Shown in pieces: positions 47,635 to 62,429 of a stretch of 64,000 bases of DNA. The position numbers were made by a program, and so were the translations under genes. Position 1 is the stretch's first letter. Every line of letters starts with the position of its first letter. The stretch is from Haplodiscus bocki (Eukaryota), in assembly GCA_965655095.1 (NCBI GenBank), contig OZ296659.1, positions 64,790,001 to 64,854,000 on the forward strand. The letters run 5' to 3'. The notes beneath the pieces are model-generated. The model had not been told where the DNA came from. It saw only the letters and a list, made by a program, of their open reading frames with translations, and made no database searches.

Positions 47635-50600
47635 CGTTCTCTATGATGTTCTACGATTACTTAACCAAGAAGTAGATTTCTCAGCAAGGAACTAACATCT
47701 ATGCATACATTGATATAATTTGATTCGTTGTTAGGGGTTGACTACTGAACTTTGCTAATTTGTTGAGACCAATCTAGCTAAAAGCTGGTGCAAAAAGGCC
47801 AAACATCTGAATAGATACTTTAAGATACATGTCATTCCCAACATTAGAATAGAACATGGCGCAAGCAGTAAGTTTTCGTAGCAGAACTTTAACCGAAACA
47901 AACTGCTTTTCCTGAACTTGCTGAGGAAAAATGAAGGAGAAGGACTGAAAACAAAAACACCGTGCTCTGACGAAAAAATGAAACGACAGAAAAAGAAACT
48001 ATACTTGCCAACAATAGCAAACAGGATTCACACAAAATTCAAAAAGAAACTACAAAATAGATTATGGACCTTTAGTCAACAAAGAATCAATTAAAGCTAC
48101 GGATTTCAAAACAAACGAACAAAAAGAAACAAAACATCCTCTGGGCACGTAGACCAAAAAAATCCAACAAACATCTTGCTGATTATCAAACGGAATTGGA
48201 CAAAATTAAAAACTCAACAAAATTGACGAAATCATGGAACCGATATTTTCTACTGATAACAAACGACTACAATGTTCAAAGAGATTCATTCGGAAAAAAA
48301 TGATCTGAAACAAAGACAACGGAGACAGTTCCGAAAAACTAAACGATATGGATAAGAAATTTGATTTTCCTGAACTTACTGCCGATTTTTTAATTTCGAA
48401 GTTCGTCTTAATCTAACCGTCGAAAATCGCTGGATAAACTGAAGAAGGAGAAAAAATTGGAGAAACTGAAACTAACTGACCAAATACGAAAACACTTTGG
48501 ACAGAAAAAGAAGAAGATAACACAGTACCGGAAGCATTAATAACAACAAAGAAGATCAAAGCTGACTCGAGACAAAGAGAAACACACACGTGAAAGTACG
48601 TTATTTGATCCGAAGAAAGACAAAAAGCAGTTGATATTGCCGTGCACGGAACTAGAGCCCGAACCGCGATTGGCCGTGCGTAACTTCAAAAAGAAGTGAT
48701 GTTTTAAAAAAGCTTTCAAAGGGGAACCGCAAAAGTTTCTGCAAGTAAACGAGACTAATGAACGAAATGAAACTGGGGCACACGTTTCCGTCATTAGAGT
48801 GAAATTTAATAGCATAATTAGAACGCATAATAGAAGAACGTTTTTTAGCTATTAGTTTTTTCAAAACTGACGGAAAAGGCACAGAATTTAATATCAATTC
48901 CGGAACTCTGTAAACAACAAAAGCATCGGATGGGACTTCTAAAAAAGTGTTACTGACAGCAAGCAACATTAAGATGTGATTAAATATAAGCGAATATATT
49001 GGAAGCAAAAAATAACAGAATACCGTATAGATTTTTCAGTACATTGACTGAAGAACTAGATTTTAAGCCGACACAGGTCAAACTGTCCAATAAACAAACA
49101 TTGAGCGATACAAAAAGTCACCACTGAAACGGACCAGCCGGGAACGAGCACACTAGCCCCATACTTGGAGGAACTATTTCAAGTAACAAACTACTTCAAA
49201 AGTAGGCTTCAATTACAACTGGGCATCTCTATTTTAAAATATCACGTTCACAGGAAAGATTAACTAGATGAACTGGAAGAAATGAACAAAACAAGAAGAA
49301 TGTTTCATATCCTGGCAGAAATGACAGTGAAAAAATATAAACTGCGAGAAGTAGCTTTAGACTTGAGAGAAATAAATGATGGTTGAATGAAAAGGAGACC
49401 AAAAAATTCGAAAGTAAAAGAACTACTCATTCAATTGCCCACGGAAATCACAACAATACAAATGGTATCATTTGGAAATCAGAAATTGACCAACACAACG
49501 TTTATGGTCACTTGAAACAATCCAAAGCACCGAGCCAGTTGTGTAATTTTGTCATAAATGAAGGCCTCATCACCTTATTAGTGCTTTTCATACGGAAGTT
49601 GCGGTCTATCCGGCATCCCAACTTAAAAAAACGTTGGCAAAAGATGGAAATATCAGACATGCGTGTGGCTCAACGGAGTAATAGTGGTGGCGAGGAGATG
49701 ATAGGAAAAGAACTGATCAAAATAATTGAAAAACTTGACGTCACATAGAAAACTTGGATACAGAGCAAGCAAAATTTTCCATTTTTTTCTAAAGGACGAA
49801 CATGGCTGTCACAGGAAGTATACAAATACGGAGTAGAACGGAACAAAGGAAAATTTTCATAAGTCCAGATTTGAAGGTACTGCAATCACATGACAGAAAA
49901 ACTTCTTTTCACGGATCAATCCAATGGAAAGCAAAATTTTTAACGAAGGGATTCGCAGTGACAATGAAAAATGAGTTTTTTTCAAACTAAAGGACTTAGG
50001 AAATGGAATGGGATACTTTCCAGCGGTGGTGATTTGTTGAAGACCCTGCCTTTTTTACGACCCATGCAACCGAAGAGAAATTGAAAGAAGGTTATGACAA
50101 AAAAATGATAGAACAGTTCTACCGATTGCATCAGCAAGCAAACAGCCAATTGAAGCTGAACACAAATTTTCGTTGACGGATTTCATAAAATTCGCAAATT
50201 TTTGGGGACTGGAAAACTTCTGTTTTTACTTGACCACAAAAACTACTTTTCCTGACCATACGCACAAGGAACAATAAAAGAGGTTGACCGAGCATATCCT
50301 AATTAGTACGCCCAACGAACGAGATAACAGGCTAGAACAACATATTTCAATATGTCGAAGTAACAGTAAATCAAGGAAGATTCAAAAATTACAGGTAAAA
50401 TAAGCAAACACCCAGTGGAGAAAATTTAAACCTAAAAAGTGTATAAAGAAGAATTTGCCGTAGACATATTTTTATATTTGCTGGATTTAATATACACGCA
50501 GGGACAACTGTTAAGCTACAGATCAAAATTTTGATCAACCGACGAATCAGAGGACATGGTTTTCGGGAGCAACCTGGAATAAACCAATAAAAACACGGTT

Positions 50601-51250
50601 CCGACAAAAAAACCATCAGTAACGAACAAAAAACGTTTAAAAATTAGAGCTACTATTTTAAATGCCAGTATAACTGATTTTCAAAAACTGATATTTTCAA
50701 AAACTTGATGAATGAGTTACTCTTTCGGACAAAAAAAGAATTACCGGGACCATCAACGCTGTAGTGCTAACGACAATTTTACTTTTATCACCAAGAGGCT
50801 GGAAAGAAGACCGCAAACTCTTCGGTTAATTGAAAAACGACAACAAATCAGAGGGCCAACAAATTTGCCATTCAGATTTGACAAAAGCTTAAATAAATTG
50901 ATGTGGGGAGGGAAGAACAGAAAAAATTGAAATACCCGATTTTTAAATATAGCTCAATGAACTGCCAAAAAATGGGGTGCAATTTACTTCGCATTCTAGA
51001 AAAAAAGAAGGACGGGAAGAAGAAAAAGGTACATAGAAATCAAAGATATCTTGGATACGAAGGGGTTTGAAAGTACCCGATCAACCGACAGTTTCGCAAT
51101 AGTCGAATGAAAGGATTGCTATTTCACGGTGAAAACAGTTCAATATGTTCAACTCAATCATGTCAGAAAAACACTAAAATTACACAAGGAAGAAACCAAA
51201 GATGGTTCGAATACAGCAAAGTTTGATATGATGGTGCATCAGAAAAATTT
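47635..51250 (+). mobile_element. Heavily decayed Gypsy element related to 33453-36260
   Basis: ATAGAACA-TGGCGCA LTR/PBS junction at 47856/47857 matches that at 33653/33654. A-rich gag and RNase H remnants. Boundaries approximate. Confidence 0.55.
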
Positions 51251-54200
51251 AGTCTGCAAAATCTTGGATTGTTTCAACTTTTCGGCAATGATTTTGTAAC
51301 GCAAAATTTCGAACAACTTGGTCTACTGATTGGTTCAGACAGAAATTCAATGCAAAGAATTGTAGTGCAAAAACTTGAAGAACTGTAGAGACAAATAGCG
51401 GAGGCGGTACATATCAAACTTTTGAGGTCTAAAACGATTTTTGCCGGAGGCAAAAGGTTTTGGTGTTTCGGCCTGCAGGGAAAGTTTGACTAGAAACTGA
51501 GCTCGTGCGCAGCCTGTACGAGGTCACTGATAATTTAGAGCATCAGTGGGATAAGCTGTCGCTTCACAATTTTTTTCCATCAAGTTCGTACAAAAAAGTG
51601 TCATTGATCAAACAACCAATGATTCTCAGATATTGGGAGCCCAAACAGAAAGTTGTCTTTTCAGACCTTTGCAGTAAAATTCAAACGAACAAACTGGAAA
51701 AACACAGGTATGATTATCGATAAATTAAATGCAACAATAGCAACTTTCACTGTTATTTGACATCGAGAAAAAAACTAATGCTTAAAAAACCCACAAAAAT
51801 TCAATTCCAAAACAATTTTAAAAATAAAATTTTCAATAAACATTTCCATTGAAAGACACATTCAATGTTTTTGGAGACAAAAAACTAGAAAAACAGTTTG
51901 TGTCAAAATTGGTAGCTTTTTCGCATTTTGGGATTATCATACAGGAATCTGAGGCAAGGGACAAAATTGATGTTTTTATATTGAGTAGTACTTCTAAAAT
52001 AGTGAACTCTGGATTGAATTTTTGGTGACAGAAGTGAAACTGGTAATATTAAAGATTCATTTCCGAAACAGAAATCTGGTTTTATGAACATCGCTTTTGT
52101 TTTTTTTTCGACCTTTCATGAAATATGCAAAGAATTAATGATAATTTTTGTTTGTCAAGTCAACCTGAAGTAAAAAACTGTTGACTGAGACCTCTTCAAG
52201 AAAAAAACTGCAAGAAAGTTTCAGAGGAAACTTGAGACCGAAAAAAACGATGTGGATAAAAACTAATGGCCTTTCTGCAGTCTTTGGACTATCAAGACTG
52301 AATAAAAGGTAACGAATTTATTTGAACCGATTATATTTGAATCGAATATTCCTCCAAAACCAAAACAATTACTAATTGAGAAGTTGATGGAAGGGGTTAA
52401 GCCACCTGCAAATGAAAACTAAGTGTGAAAATCAATTTTTCCTATTTTGCCGGCACTTTTTGAAATTTTTGGGAGCGTCAGGTTCCGTACAGAAAGTATA
52501 AAAATGTCGACATTTTTAAACACATTGTTGTCCACTGGTAAAAAACTGTTGTTTGAGACGTTTATTGAAAAGTTGAAATCAAAAGTTGAAAAAATTGAAT
52601 TTAAAAGTCCAGCTATCAAAAATCTCAGTCAGCAAATGATGGGACGGTCAAAATTCCGATGACTGGAACAAAAACCGTCTAATCATTTGAAGTAAATTCC
52701 TCCATAGGTGTAAATTTGCTTCCTGACTTTTCGAAACCTAAACCTATCAAGTTTTTTTCTGTTGTTAATCAACGCAGTCAAAACAAATTTGAAAAGTTTA
52801 GATTCGAGTAGTCTCCCTGATTTAATTGTTGCTATTTTTGATTTTGATGTTTGAAGTCAAGCCATTACATATGCAGCAAATAGACTTTGAAAGTCAAGAT
52901 GTGTTATTACTTACAGCTTCGCCATTGGCATTTTGGGACTATCATGCAGGCTTCCAGAGTAAGAGACGAGAACAATGATGCCTTTCAAGTTAAGAGCTGT
53001 CTTATGACCCCTTCTAAGAATAATCTAGACAGCTAGTTTTAGAGTTATGACTGTGACGTGCGAAATATATCTTCGTTACTAACTTTTTTTGCGATCAGAA
53101 CTCAGCCGAGGTAAGAAAGTTGATAGTTTCTTCAATTAGAAATTACTTTTTTTCTAATTTTTCCATGGCGATTGTTGGCTTGAAGGAACCGAATTGGATG
53201 GTTTTGCAGAACACTGAGTTTCAGAGTCAAGGAATGATGAATTAATCGCGCTCCTTGCCATTGGCACGCTGTTGGCATCACTGAGCCAAGCGTTCCAGCA
53301 AAAACAATTTCGGGGTGTTTTTTAAATTCGATGTTCCGTAGAAACCAAGATAGTGGAAAAAATGATGATAGAAAAAAGTCAGATTCAAATGTTTAACTAC
53401 TTTTTCTTCTAAACAATGATATAAAAAGTTTTCAACGTTTTTAAAACTCAAAAAATTTCAAGAAAGCAGCAAATCGTTTCAATTACATGAGAACAGAGTG
53501 TTTTTGAGATGAAAAACTATCGCAAACTGTTGAATTTTGTCGAACAAAAACCTCTTCTTCTTTTTATAACGTCAGGAAGATTAAAAACAGCTCTCTAAAA
53601 ACTTGAAAAATGTTTCTAGGAGGATTCGAACACTCAACTTGCAGCTTACCAACCGGCAGTGCCAAGGCACATTTCTGATGTACAGACCACCTACGTCTCC
53701 AACTTTTCGAGGGCTTTGTTAATTTCTACGGACTACCGGAGAAATTAATTTCAAACCGAGGTAGCGTAAAAATTTCACATAAATCAACTGAAGATTTCAA
53801 AAAAAGAAACATCGAAATGGTTTGCAGTCCGCTGAGATTACATGCTGGAATAGATGCAGTGAACTTTACATGCTGAAGTTGATTCAACAACTGCAAACTT
53901 CGATGATAAAATTATTTTTACCGAGAACGTTAACCGCTCTTTGAGAGTAAGGCTTTTCACAACCTATACGCTACAATGAGCATTTTTTGTTTAATATGAC
54001 TGTAGACAGCTGCGAATCGCGTTAATCATTAGAAACGAAGAGGTGAAAAACGATTTATCTGATTGGACACGATAGAATTTTTCAGTAGCACTGAAAAGCA
54101 TACATTTTTATGTGTGCCAGAGCAGCAAACGGAGGTTACCGATCAACTAGCCTAGACTAGGAAGAGGGAGTTTTCTAGTTTTTTAAACCTAAATCGCCAG

Positions 54201-56759
54201 AAAAAAGCCGGTAAAATCAGATAGTGAAAACTTAAGGTGTCGATTTTTCTTTTCTAAAGAACAAAGTCAGAAGAAGTCACTCAAAGGAAAATTGAAAAGA
54301 CATTGAAGTTGGCTTTAGGTGGCACAAAACCCAAAATGTAGACGGTTGAAAAGTGTTTTTGGTGTTTTGGGCAAAAATTCTACTATATGGAGATGGAACC
54401 GAAATATAAAGTAACCGCATCGTTTCGGTAGTATATCATACTTTTGAAATCTAAATCGGGGATTTAATACAATATTTACATTACTGTAGTAACCCTCACA
54501 GAACCACTTTCATTGGAACTGAGGAAAACAACAGATGAGAAGGATTCCGAAAATGACCCTGATGATTCGAATAGGAGCCGAATTTTTAAAAGGAGAGAAA
54601 TGTTAAACAGTGTTACACTGCTACAAAACCAGAAAGTAGAAAGCTGACCGAAGAACTGAGATGTTTGTAAACTTTAATAAGCTTTGAGTTGGTATTGTTT
54701 GAGTTTTGAATGCTAGAATTTTGTTATTTTGTTGGAGATCAATCCGCATAAACTATTGACATAAAGAAAGCTGCATAGATTCTCTAAACACAGATTCCAT
54801 TCCTAACTTTAGAAAACAACAACCATATGCTAACTTCAGGTTCGGTGCGAAAATTTTCTGATAGTTTCATTCAAAATAAAGGCTTGAATGTTGAGCTGGG
54901 TGATTTTTGGGACATTTTGTCACATTTGATGTCCTGTATCTTGGAATATAGCTAGGAATCTATTGTAGCCGGGAGACACCAATCTAATAAAAATAAACAA
55001 CTGGGTAGCATCGAAGTTATGTCGCAGAACTCAAAACTCACACAGCTGTAACAGAAGCTTGATTGCTGATCTAGCGGAAGAAGCTGGAAAGTACAGTGTA
55101 GTCCCTCGTTTTTCGCCAAGATCTAACGCAGATTAAGTTAACATGATCCAAGAAACAAAAAGTCCATCTGACGGCTATTACATGCATTGTAAAACCAGTT
55201 TAGACGAAAAAGACCTCCGAAGAGTTCATTTCCTCAAGGAACTCAAATGAGATGCCATTTGAAATGGAGTGGGGAAAATGAAGAAACAAAAAAGAATGGT
55301 CGGAGCGTTTGGTTTTGTGTCTAATATCGGTTATTTATTCATTTAGCGCAAAATCTCATTTAAAAATCTGAAACGTTCAGTGAAACACACTGAAAACATT
55401 CAAAAAAATGGAAAAGCAATTTCCCCTTGCGATAAGATTTTTTCCTCGCTGATATGTCTACAGCTACGTTCTTTTTAGTCAATTGTCAATCATCAAGCGT
55501 TTTCAAGTTTAGAAGATTCTTTCTTTATATTTAGAGAGGCTCAAATATCAAGTACGGAAACCTGACTTCAAGTTTTGTTGCCTAAACTGAAAATGATTGA
55601 GGTAAAAAAATTTTGAGTTGAACAAAATCAATTCAGATTTGACTTTTGAAAACGGGAAGAGGAGTTGTTGTTTTTTAAATTCAGTAGACTGAATTTTGTT
55701 CCAAAATTCTATCTAGAAGGTTACCGAAAAATTGATATGTGTCAAGTTTTTAGAAGCCAGAACCATTTTGTATCATTTTCCCTATTTCTTGAAAGCCACC
55801 AAGGATGATATCGAGATGGAATTAACAAACGATTGCGTTCTCTTGGTTGAGCAATATACCTACCTCACTTCAAAAGCTAGTTCACCTTTGAACATTGTCT
55901 TTACCGTATAGACTATCTTCATATCTCTGGAACAATTTTCAGCTCTATTTTTGAATGAAGTCCCTCTTTTAATTAATAACCTTAAATGCCTAATTTACTT
56001 AGCCACTGGTGTATCAAATTATCCATTAGAATTCATCTGAACGTAAAAAACTACACGCTAATACTCCGGCTTATTCTATTTGCTTCCATTGAAACTCTGG
56101 CCGGTTTTACAAATTAGATTTATTAGGCATGTAAAAAATAAAGCCTCCATGTTTTCTTCATCCAGCTAGTTGAACTAAATTTGCATGAGCCTCCTGCTCA
56201 TTTCAGGATTCGATTAATGGATTTGCATTCTTACCTCGAAGGAATTTTTTGATCAAAATAGAGGCAATTAGAGCTAACCAATCGTAAGAATTGCGCTTAC
56301 CATCGGTCAGTTGGCGACGCAAATCTACCTAGGTTCAAGATAAATTGATGATTAGTTTAAAATCATATGGCTAGCTCACCACCGCAGTAACAACACTCAA
56401 CTTTTGTTTAGATTTTTGATTATTGCCTTGCATCATACCAACTTCAATCCGTCACATTTCATCGAACAGCTCAAGTCAAAAATTTGAGGGCTCCTCATAA
56501 ATTCATAAGAATCCTTATAAACTCATAGTTTGTCTCTGCAATCGCAAACTTTGAAAAACAGGTGTAATATTCCTCGGTGAAGACTATTTCGATCAGGTAA
56601 TTGAGCTTTAGTCTTGGTGAAATATACAACAATGTAGATATCATATCGAAAGGCACTTCGGTGATCTATAAATACGAGGTTGTAAAGAAGCGGTCTCTCG
56701 GTATTTGGTTGTTTGATGCTTCGGTCGATCATTCAGCTTCGGTTATGTAATACCCGGTT

Positions 56760-58350
56760 TATTGGGCGAGGAACCGGCTGCGCTAGAACTAGCACTGGTA
56801 CTTGCCATTGGGGGAAGGTTTGCTCGATGAGCAGTTGACATTCCTTGAATCAGCCGAGTCAAATCATCTAGCTGCCTAGTCAAAGAAACATTGTAATTCC
56901 TGATCTGTTCATCGACTTCCTCTTGAGTCACGATGCGTGTTTCGCATTCGGTGTCTGTGTTGCTTTCGTAGGCACTCACGGTGGGAATAATTTCTGCACA
57001 ATTGTTTTCGCTAATACTGATGTTTGCGGTCGTTTCGTATTTCTTACCGTTTTTTAATTCTCGGATCGTGTCAAAGACTGGCTTACAAGTAATGAACACT
57101 TGAATTGATTTCGCTTAACCTCAGATGAAATTTTAATGTGGTTTGCATTGTGTTCCAAAATATGGCACTGCCTACACCACGGCGAATCTAGTGAAGGAAA
57201 GATCAGTGAGATTGTGCGCCTGTGTGTTCCAGCCCTTCTGCGTGTTAACCGCAGAGCTGGTTTTCTGTTAATGGTAAGACCAGCAAATGTGTGAACGGAT
57301 CCAGATCAACTGATTGCGCCTAATTTGCATGGGGTTTTGGTGGATTTCGTGGTCACGCAATTCTTAACATCGGCGAGTTGGTTTTGGCTGGTTAGTTGCC
57401 GTGCTAATTAACTCATTAAAGAATGAGCGCAAATTCAACGCAATTGTGATGGCTACATTCATGCAACTTGATACCTATGCATATCTAGCGCAGTAGGTTT
57501 GATCTGCATACATCCAATGTAGTGATAAATTTAAAAAGAAAACAATAGAAATCTTTGTTAAATAATCGGATGGGTTGAATACTGGATTAAAATAGGGTGC
57601 TTCACTGCTTTGAGGACTCTAAGCCCCTAAGCGTGATCGTGGTTTTTTTTCAAATTAGATAAATTCCGATTTGTTTCAATTTTGATGCAGCTCAGTTATT
57701 TAATAGAATAATTATAGTTCGGCTGTTAGGCTTTTTAAATCAATGTTCACAGTGTTTTCGATAAAAACTGATGAAACTTATACTCATCGTCGAAGCCGAG
57801 CTTGGGATTTTTATCCCTTGGATGAAAACAGTTGAATTTTCAAATAACTCATTCAGCGTGGTTTTCATCTTTCCAATGAAAACCGATCAATTTTAAAATC
57901 AACGTAGCAGTCAATACGGGAAGTTTTCTTCACATTGTTGAAAATTGATGATTTTCTAATTACTTGCAACGGCACTGTGAGTACTGTAAACCACTCAGCT
58001 GTGAGCCGATGAGTTTCGTTTTGACCCTTAGTCTATTTTGCACTGATTTATGTACTCATAGATGTTCTCTTTTCATTGAGAGTTAAGTTTTGAGCTGCAT
58101 AGAATATGAGGATGGGATGAAAACATGGAACAGATATATTCCGCCTCATTTATGGTTCTGTTTGACGTTACTCCACAGAGGGCACTTGTAATGGCTTTTA
58201 GTGTTCTGGTTCGAGCTTACCGGTGTCTTGTATGTTTATTGTATTATTTTTGAGCCTTTATTGGATTATGTCATTTTCACGGATATATTTCAGCACTTTG
58301 GTGTTCGATGAATAATGATACCTTTATAAGCTAAGCAATGCAATAATTCT
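56760..58350 (-). mobile_element. Partial LTR of the TGTCA family containing the start of a coding frame
   Basis: Inverted homology to 30490-31620. Ends with the frame RELKNGKKY...TQEEVDEQIR...LTRQLDDLTRLIQ...SASSSAAG. Confidence 0.65.
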
Positions 58351-58451
58351 AAGAAAGCGCTTTATCTTCAAAGGAAAGAAACTCCGTCCATAAACGATTC
58401 TTTAGAACTGTTTACTTTTTTCCGTAATTGTTTCATGATTAATCATTTTAG

Positions 58452-58787
58452 GAATGGTTAGCAAGGTGTTTGGCTCCTCCAGCAATTTAAACATGATGTT
58501 GCAAAAACTGAACGACGACCGTAACAATAACACTTCTATTCTCAACAACCCACGCGGGGTTTCCCTCTCCCAGTTCTTGAGTGGCAACTCGGGGGGCAGT
58601 GGAACAATACCCCAGTTCCACGTCACTGGGGCTGCTGCGGGTGCAGGGGACCTTAGCGTGACCAAAAACAACAACAACTTGAGCAGTTTGACTACAAGTG
58701 GTGCTAGTTTCGCATCTTGCAAATTGACGGGAAGTTGTCCTTTGCTCAATAGCTGCAATGCACATGGACACACACTTACTTTCATTC
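58452..58787 (+). CDS. Probable internal exon of a host gene (N/S/G-rich)
   Basis: TTTTAG acceptor, open frame, C|GTAAGT donor. Its phase-1 start is compatible with the exon at 46320-46695. Confidence 0.62.
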
Positions 58788-58834
58788 GTAAGTTTTCATT
58801 AAAAACAAATTTGCGATTCAAGGTTTTTGGGCGT

Positions 58835-60532
58835 TTTTAGTCGACGCGTTAGTTATAACTGAAAAGCCCAACTAAAACAGTATTTTGTTTTTTTTTTCAA
58901 GATGACAGACTTTACTCCTCACTCTGTATACGACGTTTTCATTAACCTTACTAATTTTCTTTATTTTCCCTACTCTATCCCCAGAAAAACTACCATGCAA
59001 ATTTTTATCATTGGAACGTTCAAAACACCTTCAAAACAGTGTATACGAGAATTGAAAAGTTTTCGCACAGGCAGATATAAACCTTTGTGATTTAATTTTT
59101 TCGAGAGATTTCGGAAGAATCAGTCCCAAAAATTTTCGTAATACCTCCATATGGGTAATCCAAAAATTTTCAAAAGAAATTTACCAAAATATTTCTTTCT
59201 TCTTTCAAAAAAGAATTTTGGGCCCTCCACCCGAAATTTTTTTGCTATGAGCAAGGATTATGGCAAAATTTTCCGAAAAAAAGAAGTTTTCAAATTTTGA
59301 AAGGTCCCGTCTTATGAGTGTTTTAAGTCTTACGGACAGCGCAGAAGTCTTACGGTCCTTGGCTTGCTGTTTTTCTCGAAAAAATCAATTTTAAAGAGAA
59401 CACACAAAATTCACTACACTAGATTGCTCATCCATTACAGCTGTGGAAAAGAGTGCTTTGTTTTCCACAAACTTTGATGAATGGAAAAAGAAGTAGTCAG
59501 TAGTGGTTAATGGTTTTTCAGAAGTCGAAAGGTTATTCTGTTGATTTTGTCCGTAATTCCGAGACTTGATTCAAACGAACTCGAACTTCGTGAAAAAAGA
59601 ATGAGCATAAAAATGCAAACTCTAAAAACTTCCGAAAATGTGATCTTGCAGGAAATCTGCTGAAAAGCCTGAAGTCATCCATCCATACGTAAGGCATAAA
59701 GAATGTTGTTGTTCGCAATTGATTTCGTAAATTTTCCTCTAAAAATGGACGAAGTTTCTGTCTCAATTTTTTTATTTTCGAATTCTTAGACGTTTTGGCG
59801 TGGCAGTTGCAATTTTTGAAAATCAAAGATCCGTTATTTGATGTCAATGAGTTTTTGAGCACGAAAGAGTCTTGTTAATGACGTTGTCATCTCCTTACCA
59901 GCGTTTTTTATTTCAAAACATGACTTATCATGGAGGTATGGATGCATCATGGATGAGGAACAAGTTTTTGTCCATAAAAGATTTTAAAAATTAACGTATT
60001 TTTCTACGTGTATTATAGATAGACGTCCGTGATTAAAAGAAACTGTCAAACTTGATTACTAATGATTCAATTGATGTCAATGACCATTGGATGATTCTCC
60101 ATAAAGTGCCTTGCGTGATCAACATAGTTTTCTTCTTGTTTTTAGTCGGCACTTTAGTTACTACTAAAAAACCCACTATGCAGTGCTTTGTATTGTTTTA
60201 AGATGACAAAACTCACGGTGTAAATTACATTTACAAACCTTACTAACCTTGTATAATGTTTATTCTTACCCACTCTACCCACAGAATGAGTACCAGATAT
60301 ATTTTCATCACGAGAATGTTCCGAGCATTTGCAAAAAAGCCATAGGAAAAATGAGAAACTTTTGCCGAGCCAATATCAAAACTTTGTGACATTATGTCTT
60401 CGGAAGTTTTCGGAAAAGTCAATTCCAAAAATTTTCGTGGAACCGCCCTTTTGGGTAATCCAAAAATTTTCAAAATAAAAATACCAAGAAGTTTGGGGAA
60501 CGCTTTTCTAAAAATTTTTGGGCTTTGGGGCC
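58835..60532 (+). repeat. Two diverged direct copies of an AT-rich interspersed repeat (58835-59260 and 60138-60532)
   Basis: Shared TTTTTAGTCG...AAGATGACA...CTCTA.CC..AGAA...GGGTAATCCAAAAATTTTCAAAA. The second copy resumes after 61823. Confidence 0.7.
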
Positions 60533-61823
60533 AATCAGACCGGCCGGCGCTACTTGAAGATGAGCTAGCAGCTCCTGAGGAGGCCGTCTCTTCATTCACT
60601 GTTCACTTGCTCGTTTCTGGGTTCCTGCATTAGCTCGCAGAGGTGAGCTAACTGTTGAGTAAGGGGATCGGTTACTGCTTTAATTTGTCAAGCAACCTCC
60701 TCAGTCGTGGCGTATACGCTTGGTGACGTCTCTATTTCGTGATCTGACATCCTTCTTGGAAGGTTCTCAATTAAATTTTCAATCGCTGTGCTACTATCGA
60801 TTTTGTCAGTCTTAACGGCTAAGGTCCTTTTCATATATCGGAAAAAAGGCTGAGGTTAATATCTGATTGTTAAATTTGGTGCGATCGAAGTTAATCTTAG
60901 TAGCAGAGGATATAACTTATTTACAAAAGTAAGTTGAAACAAATCAGAGTTTTGTCGAGATTGATGTGATTTTATCGTGACGAAACGTCCTGCCTTCCAC
61001 TATCGCTGTCGGATTTGTTGTTGTGAATTCCGTTTTTTGCGTGCCCAATTTTTTGCACTAAATGGTGACGTGATGCTTGAGTTGGTCACGTGGTCGTGAC
61101 TCTGGCCCGTAGTTGGCTGCTTGTCTTCAAACCTAATTATACTCAACAGGTGATAACAATAATTGCACCTGATTTTTATTACATTTCGATCATGTCGATT
61201 TCACTGCATCTTGATTGGCTGACAACAAGAAGGAAATATAAACCTCTTTAAGAGCATCGTTATCTGAACAAATGTGACAAAGATGGCTGACATCTATTAA
61301 ATTAATTAAAAATGGCTAGGATCACAAAAAGTGTACCGTGTTAAGACCCGATTGTTCACGGCGTTTATCAATGAGATTTGAAGTATGTTCCCGGACACGA
61401 GTTTCATACTGCGTTATGATGTTGCTCGCTATTACTGTTACAGGCGTGATGCTGATATCACGAAATTTACACCATGATACAAATATAACTAATTTACATT
61501 CAATGCACTGCTAGTAAAAGGTCGATGCATTTGACGAGGTCGCTTTATTGTGATTTGGAAGACTTTCACCAATTTCACTGTAGGCGTTTCACTAACACTA
61601 TCGTGGCACAGATTTCGTTATATAAGATATAAATCGGGTTCATACCAACGGGGAGGAGGTAATATAACATCATGGCTTTCATATAGGTGTGATTAAGGAG
61701 CAGCATAAATTGCCTTTATTATTAGGTTATACAACATAGTTCAAAGCTTTATATCATATAACATAGGCTAATTGCATAATCATAATTATGTAGGGTTTGT
61801 ATTTCCATCATGCTGGCATGACA
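60533..61823 (-). mobile_element. Solo LTR (1291 bp), TGTCA family, with internal coding frame
   Basis: Minus strand TGTCATGCCAGCATG ... GGTCTGATT. TSD GGCC at 60529-60532 and 61824-61827. Splits the host repeat. Confidence 0.75.
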
Positions 61824-62429
61824 GGCCCATATTTTTTTTGTTATAGGCATTGATTCTCTGAAAAATGAAAGGTTTAAGAATATCAAAAGCTGCCGCCCTA
61901 TGAATTTTTTGAGCCTTAATGGCAACACCGATGGGACCTGTCTCGGCTGTTAGACGGTGCTTTTTGTATATGCTTCACGACTAAAAGGATTCAACCTAAA
62001 AAGATTCAGCAAATTTTTTCAAAAGCAAAAGTCGTATATCAGTCCGGGTTATCTTCTCATACATAAACAGTCGGCTCATTGTCTGCCATAATAAAAAAAT
62101 ATGATCTCAAGCTGCCTAGATTATTTTTTACCGGACCAAAAAAATTGTCATGATATTATCTCTTTGCCGTGATTGAAAATTTTTAAAATTTTGAAAATCC
62201 AGAAATTCGTGATACCCCTTGCTTACACTAGAAAATTTTGAAAAAAATGGACAAGTTACAAATGCTAGACATTCGTGATAAAAAATTAATTACTGTAAAA
62301 CACACTATTCAAATCGATTTTGACTCCAATTTTCGGGTAGTTTATTATGATGATACCCAAAAATTTCAACAATCATTCACTTAAATTTGATGCCCCAGCT
62401 CTAAATCCTTAGGTGACATCCAATTTTGA

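Noticed and set aside
53615-53665. tRNA-like sequence on the minus strand (GTTCGAATCC)
   Set aside because: B-box only; no convincing acceptor stem or D arm, so not called as a tRNA gene.
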